This document shows, one piece after another, positions 59,935 through 64,000 of a stretch of DNA of 64,000 nucleotides. Made by a program: the position numbers and the translations under genes. Source of the DNA: Pseudomonadota bacterium (GTDB lineage Bacteria; Bdellovibrionota_C; UBA2361; OMII01); NCBI GenBank assembly GCA_038134595.1, contig JAYPVM010000003.1, forward strand, positions 127,629 to 191,628, in the 5' to 3' direction. The notes under the pieces were generated by a model that saw only the letters and a list, made by a program, of their open reading frames with translations, searched no databases and was not told where the DNA came from. Each line of letters begins with the position of its first letter. The first letter of the stretch is position 1.

Positions 59935-62370
59935 ATGATTTCTCGTCGAGCACCATGCCTGTTGTGCAAGCACCTTCAAGCGGGGACTCGGTGTGTCGTG
60001 TTTTTTCTCATTCTGTTGTTAGTGATGATGTCGGCAAGTGAAGCTCAAACGGTGCGCACACCTTCTGAGTTGGCCTATTTTCGGGATGAATATGTTGTTA
60101 CGCTTCCTGTTAGGACCGAAAGACAGGGCCCTGTATCAGCTTTTTCTTCACCTACCCTTGCAGACAGATTCGGTGTCATTGAAAATCTTGATAGGTCGAC
60201 TCTACTACTATCAAAAGCGAGTGCCAGCGGTGTCGCTTCGGTTACTTCTCAGTTTGGTATGCTTGAGGCTCTCGTTAGTGTCGAAGATGCAACTTGTAAA
60301 GCGCTTCTTGCGGAAAAGATAGTAACTTCGTGTACGCCTAATTATGTGATGAGAGCCAGTGGAGTCGCGACTAACGACCCGTATGCAAGCCAGTTGTGGG
60401 GGTTGAGTGAGGATCAGGGCATAAGTGCCGAACAGGGCTGGGAGGTCTCCTCGGGCACTAAAGATGTTGTTGTTGCTGTAATCGATACTGGTATTGATTA
60501 TCAACACGAGGATCTAGTCGAAAACCTTTGGAGGAATCCGGGAGAAATCGAAGGCAACGGCATTGATGATGACAATAATGGGTATGTTGATGATGTGTAT
60601 GGAATTAATGCCATCACCGGCGCGCTCTTAGCGGGCGATCCGTTGGACGACAATGGCCATGGCACTCACGTTGCCGGAACAATTGGAGCTGTCGGTGATA
60701 ATGGAATCGGTGTGATAGGTGTTAGTCCTGCCGTTTCTATCATGGGGCTAAAGTTCTTAGACGCTTCTGGTTCTGGAAGGCTTTCCGACGCCATTTCGGC
60801 GATTAATTATATGGTCAACATGAAGGAGAGCCACGGAGTAAATATCGTCGCAGCAAACAATTCGTGGGGAGGGGGCGGATATTCGCAGGCGCTCGAAGAG
60901 GCAATCGAGAGAGCAAATGCAGCAGGTATCGTGTTTGTGGCTGCGGCGGGAAATCAGGGTTTGGATGTTGATTTGTTCCCTTCGTATCCATCAAGTTATG
61001 AGAACAGCAACGTTATATCGGTCGCTGCGTTGGATTCTGATGGTAATCTAGCGAGTTTTTCAAATTTTGGTACAGAGGGTGTTGATGTTGCGGCGCCCGG
61101 AGTTGCTATTCTCAGCACGTTGCCGGGTGGAGCGTACGGGTCGTATTCTGGTACTTCTATGGCGACTCCTCATGTCACTGGATTATTGGCGCTCTTGTAC
61201 AGTACCGCACCAAACTTGTCGGTAGAAGATGCCGCTTCCAGATTGTTTGAAACTGGCCGAGATCTAATTACGTTGGGAGCAGGAACCGAGGGACCGCTAC
61301 TGGTAGGCACGGGCCGGATTCCAGATGTAGGGCGCCTTCTACGAGACGAACGGGTGCCTTTGCCAGATCGACCAAATAGCGGAGAGGTCTGTCCTTACGA
61401 GTTTGAGTATATGCGTCTACACGAATCGACTCAGCTAGATACGAGCGCTGATCGAGAACCCATAGTGAATCAAAGCGATGAGGGTGGTTTTGTAAGAGTG
61501 GATCTGCCTTTTGATTTTCCCTTTCACAACAGGATAATAGGTACCGTCTTTGTGTCGCCGAATGGTGTCGTGTACGAGGTTGAGCCACATAATCTCGACT
61601 ATCTTCCAAGTTACCGAGCGCCGTACAATTCTATAGCAGCGATGCATATTGATCTAACACCGAGGAGTTCTGACCAAGGGGTTCGGGTGTTCCACGGGCA
61701 GAATAGAGTAACTATTTTATGGAAATCAGAGTTATACATGTTGCCTGATATCGGACCTGTTTCCGTGCGTCTTACGTTGTGGTCAACTGGAAAAGTGACC
61801 AGTACCGTTTCTTTTGAAGAGGCTTCAGGGGCAGAGTTGCTGTCGAAGGTAGTACTTGGTGATATTTTCTCTGATCCAGTGCAATCTCCAATGGGGCTTA
61901 TTGGTATAGGCGGAGCCTCTAGGCGGGCTTCAAGCACGGCCGATTTATTGGAGGCGCAAAGATTGTTAATGGAGCAGGACGATGGTGAGTTTAGCCTAAA
62001 GGTGACTATGAACCCCACCTGTGAGGTGTCAGGTGGTAATACAGAGGTAAATCGCCCACACATTCAGAAGATTAAAATTCGAAATAAGAGGGGACGGGGC
62101 ACAAATTTGCGACTAGCTTTTGGCGGTAGTGGCACTGGTCGGGTTCCACTCTCAGTAAAGGTTAATGGAAAGTTGTGCGCTGAGGCAGGTGATGTTGCTC
62201 TAGTGGATGGTAGAGCCGAGAGAAATGTCAGACTCCCACGGGCTCTTCGTCACCTCTCGATAGTAAGTGGTGAGGCCCGAATGAGAAAACGGTTTTCGCG
62301 CCGAGCAGGGAGGGTTTCAAAGAGAGGAAGAGATAAAGTTTGTGGGCGAATCATTGCAGCTCTTCGATAG
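59935..62370 (+). CDS. Secreted subtilisin-like S8 serine protease with C-terminal accessory domains
   Basis: Triad VIDTG / GHGTHVAG / GTSMATPHV, AAGN; LPFDFPF...VSPNG (NIDO-like) region; basic tail; start placed at ATG 59935. Confidence 0.92.
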   Translation: MISRRAPCLLCKHLQAGTRCVVFFLILLLVMMSASEAQTVRTPSELAYFRDEYVVTLPVRTERQGPVSAFSSPTLADRFGVIENLDRSTLLLSKASASGVASVTSQFGMLEALVSVEDATCKALLAEKIVTSCTPNYVMRASGVATNDPYASQLWGLSEDQGISAEQGWEVSSGTKDVVVAVIDTGIDYQHEDLVENLWRNPGEIEGNGIDDDNNGYVDDVYGINAITGALLAGDPLDDNGHGTHVAGTIGAVGDNGIGVIGVSPAVSIMGLKFLDASGSGRLSDAISAINYMVNMKESHGVNIVAANNSWGGGGYSQALEEAIERANAAGIVFVAAAGNQGLDVDLFPSYPSSYENSNVISVAALDSDGNLASFSNFGTEGVDVAAPGVAILSTLPGGAYGSYSGTSMATPHVTGLLALLYSTAPNLSVEDAASRLFETGRDLITLGAGTEGPLLVGTGRIPDVGRLLRDERVPLPDRPNSGEVCPYEFEYMRLHESTQLDTSADREPIVNQSDEGGFVRVDLPFDFPFHNRIIGTVFVSPNGVVYEVEPHNLDYLPSYRAPYNSIAAMHIDLTPRSSDQGVRVFHGQNRVTILWKSELYMLPDIGPVSVRLTLWSTGKVTSTVSFEEASGAELLSKVVLGDIFSDPVQSPMGLIGIGGASRRASSTADLLEAQRLLMEQDDGEFSLKVTMNPTCEVSGGNTEVNRPHIQKIKIRNKRGRGTNLRLAFGGSGTGRVPLSVKVNGKLCAEAGDVALVDGRAERNVRLPRALRHLSIVSGEARMRKRFSRRAGRVSKRGRDKVCGRIIAALR

Positions 62371-63454
62371 CGTTTGATCTAAGGGCGCTTTGAAAACCGC
62401 CAAAAGAAAGATTTTAGAGATTGTGTTTTGAAAAAAACTAAGCATTACTTCTAATATAATTTGCTTCTTGTTGTTAGATGAAGCGCTGACGCAGCTTGTT
62501 CGGATGACGCTAAAGTTAATCTTCCATTTACTGTTTTTCCATCTCGGAACGAGTGCCGAAGTAGTAATCGTTTATTGGCGATAGTCTCAAGTGAAGGAAA
62601 CCCTGCGCGATAAAAAAGTTGAGACTCTCTTCTGATAAACTTTAACCTAGATGTTACGTTCAACCTCGATAGACAGACGGTTAGACAAGGCCAGATGTGT
62701 GCAACAGTAAGCGTCCGGAGGCTATTTGCACACTTCTTTTAGGTACTTATCGCTAGTAAAGCTTGTCTTGAAAGTTGCTGTGAAACACAACTGCGTAGCT
62801 CTGGAGTAACGGACCGGTTAGGGGATTCTTTGGTATTGGTGCAAATAAGTCACCGTGCTTGATGGAGAGAAAGAGATGACTGAATGCGATCTGAGGCGGG
62901 TTGTTTAAGAGTGTCGAGTCGTCATCGAGAGGCCACCTCGGAAGCTTTCGACCGGTTGCTAGTGGAGTTGATAATTTCTCATTCTCAAAACGTACCGCAC
63001 AAGTTCGGTGGCTCCGCCTGGAGAGATTAAAAGAAGATGAAACCTTATCGTTCTCATAGTACATCAAATAGGTACTTGCAAAGTATGTAGTGCGGTGTCA
63101 ACCTGAGTTTGGGTAGAAGGGGAGTTGCCTAGTTTTCTCCTAGGATAAATGGCCGGTGGCGGATCGGTAGTCGGGTCGGCTTGTGTTATACACACGAACA
63201 TCCGGTCGAATCCGAACAGAGTTCAAATCCAAAGAGAGGAAAGTAGGTAACGTCAGGTCAGTTCATAGAACGTGTACTGACCAGTCAGTTTGCCGGGGAG
63301 TGCGATGAAGTAAGGTTCGCCCAAGCCGGTGTTGTAGATAGGTTTTCCTGAATTAGTGCGGCGGAAGCGCTCTGCACTAACCGCAATTGCTACCAAGCCT
63401 TGCACAAATGCGCAGGCAAAAAAGCTGCCGCGGTAAAAAGTAGGGAGTTAAAAG

Positions 63455-63482
63455 TAAAGCTAGAGAAGCTATCTTCCGATAG
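63455..63482 (+). promoter_or_regulatory. sigma28-like promoter candidate upstream of histone-like gene
   Basis: TAAAGCTA-N12-TCCGATAG about 205 nt before ATG 63687. Confidence 0.4.
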
Positions 63483-63686
63483 ATTCTCCTAGTGGGCCTA
63501 GTTAGTAAGAGATTGAGCGGTCTAACGGAACGCTCTAGACCACTACTTGGGCTTTCAAATGGCGAGCTTTCGCAATCATTTGTTCGTTTACGACTAAGGA
63601 TTGAGTGAAGAGCTACGCTTAACGTGTAGGCAGGGTGATCGGATCCGCAATTTGGACCGACTTCCTATCAACAAGTGGAGAAAAAA

Positions 63687-64000
63687 ATGGCAACAAAGAA
63701 AAAAGCTGTGAAAAAGACTACAGCTAAGAAGTCTACAGCTAAGAAACCTGCTGCTAAGAAGAAGACAACAGCTAAAAAGCCTGCTGCAAAGAAGGCTACA
63801 GCTAAGAAGTCTACTGCAAAGAAGACTACAGCTAAGAAGTCTACTGCAAAGAAGACTACTGCTAAGAAGTCTACTGCAAAGAAGACTACAGCTAAGAAGT
63901 CTACTGCAAAGAAGACTACTGCTAAGAAGTCTACTGCAAAGAAGACTACAGCTAAGAAGTCTACTGCAAAGAAGACTACAGCTAAGAAGTCTACTGCAAA
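63687..64000 (+). CDS. Histone H1-like / Hc2-like Lys-rich repeat protein, 3'-truncated by window edge (absent from ORF track)
   Basis: GGAG RBS, ATG 63687, open frame [25 protein letters not shown]...([10 protein letters not shown])n to the end. Confidence 0.88.
   Translation, partial: MATKKKAVKKTTAKKSTAKKPAAKKKTTAKKPAAKKATAKKSTAKKTTAKKSTAKKTTAKKSTAKKTTAKKSTAKKTTAKKSTAKKTTAKKSTAKKTTAKKSTA
63801..64000 (+). repeat. 30-bp coding tandem repeat, at least 6.7 copies
   Basis: GCTAAGAAGTCTACTGCAAAGAAGACTAC[A/T]; copies differ only at the last base. Confidence 0.97.

Noticed and set aside
63236..63250. GAGGAAAGT as RNase P RNA (also near 44958)
   Set aside because: Not followed by CC/CNG, and no matching 3' P4 strand (ACAGAA.CCGGC) found.
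63400..63450. GGCAAA segment as c-di-GMP-I riboswitch
   Set aside because: No GNRA-capped P2 or GCAAAG/receptor helix in the right order.
63801..64000. 30-bp repeats as a CRISPR array
   Set aside because: Head-to-tail with no spacers, length a multiple of 3, in frame with a Lys-rich ORF; no cas genes.

Overview
Ordinary-looking core chromosome of a Gram-negative bacterium. Gene order (tol-pal-cpoB, gspC-J, cdnL/carD-ispD-ispF, ftsEX-envC-ctpA, tRNA-Val before rpmI-rplT) suggests a lineage of the former Deltaproteobacteria; this is inference only. The window holds about 60 CDSs and two tRNAs (Glu-TTC, Val-GAC). I found no mobile elements, prophage, CRISPR or defence islands. The most unusual signals are regulatory and chromatin-related, in the right third: (i) a CarD/CdnL RNA-polymerase factor fused behind a 14x KK[A/T]V[A/T] histone-H1/Hc2-like repeat, with a possible internal start; (ii) a head-to-head pair of divergent, mutually related group-3 sigma factors, with a small FlgM-like-organised protein and a central palindrome; (iii) an Hc2-like lysine-repeat gene at the window end that the ORF track misses; (iv) sigma28-like promoter motifs upstream of that gene, a secreted subtilase and a small unknown protein. 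Together they may form a non-flagellar nucleoid-condensation or cell-form switch (hypothesis). Other oddities are a MurD lacking several catalytic residues, BamD and GspD with extra C-terminal domains, a nuclease-dead SNase-like lipoprotein, and ClpX-type docking and degron motifs. All family calls come from motifs read by eye; no database searches were run.
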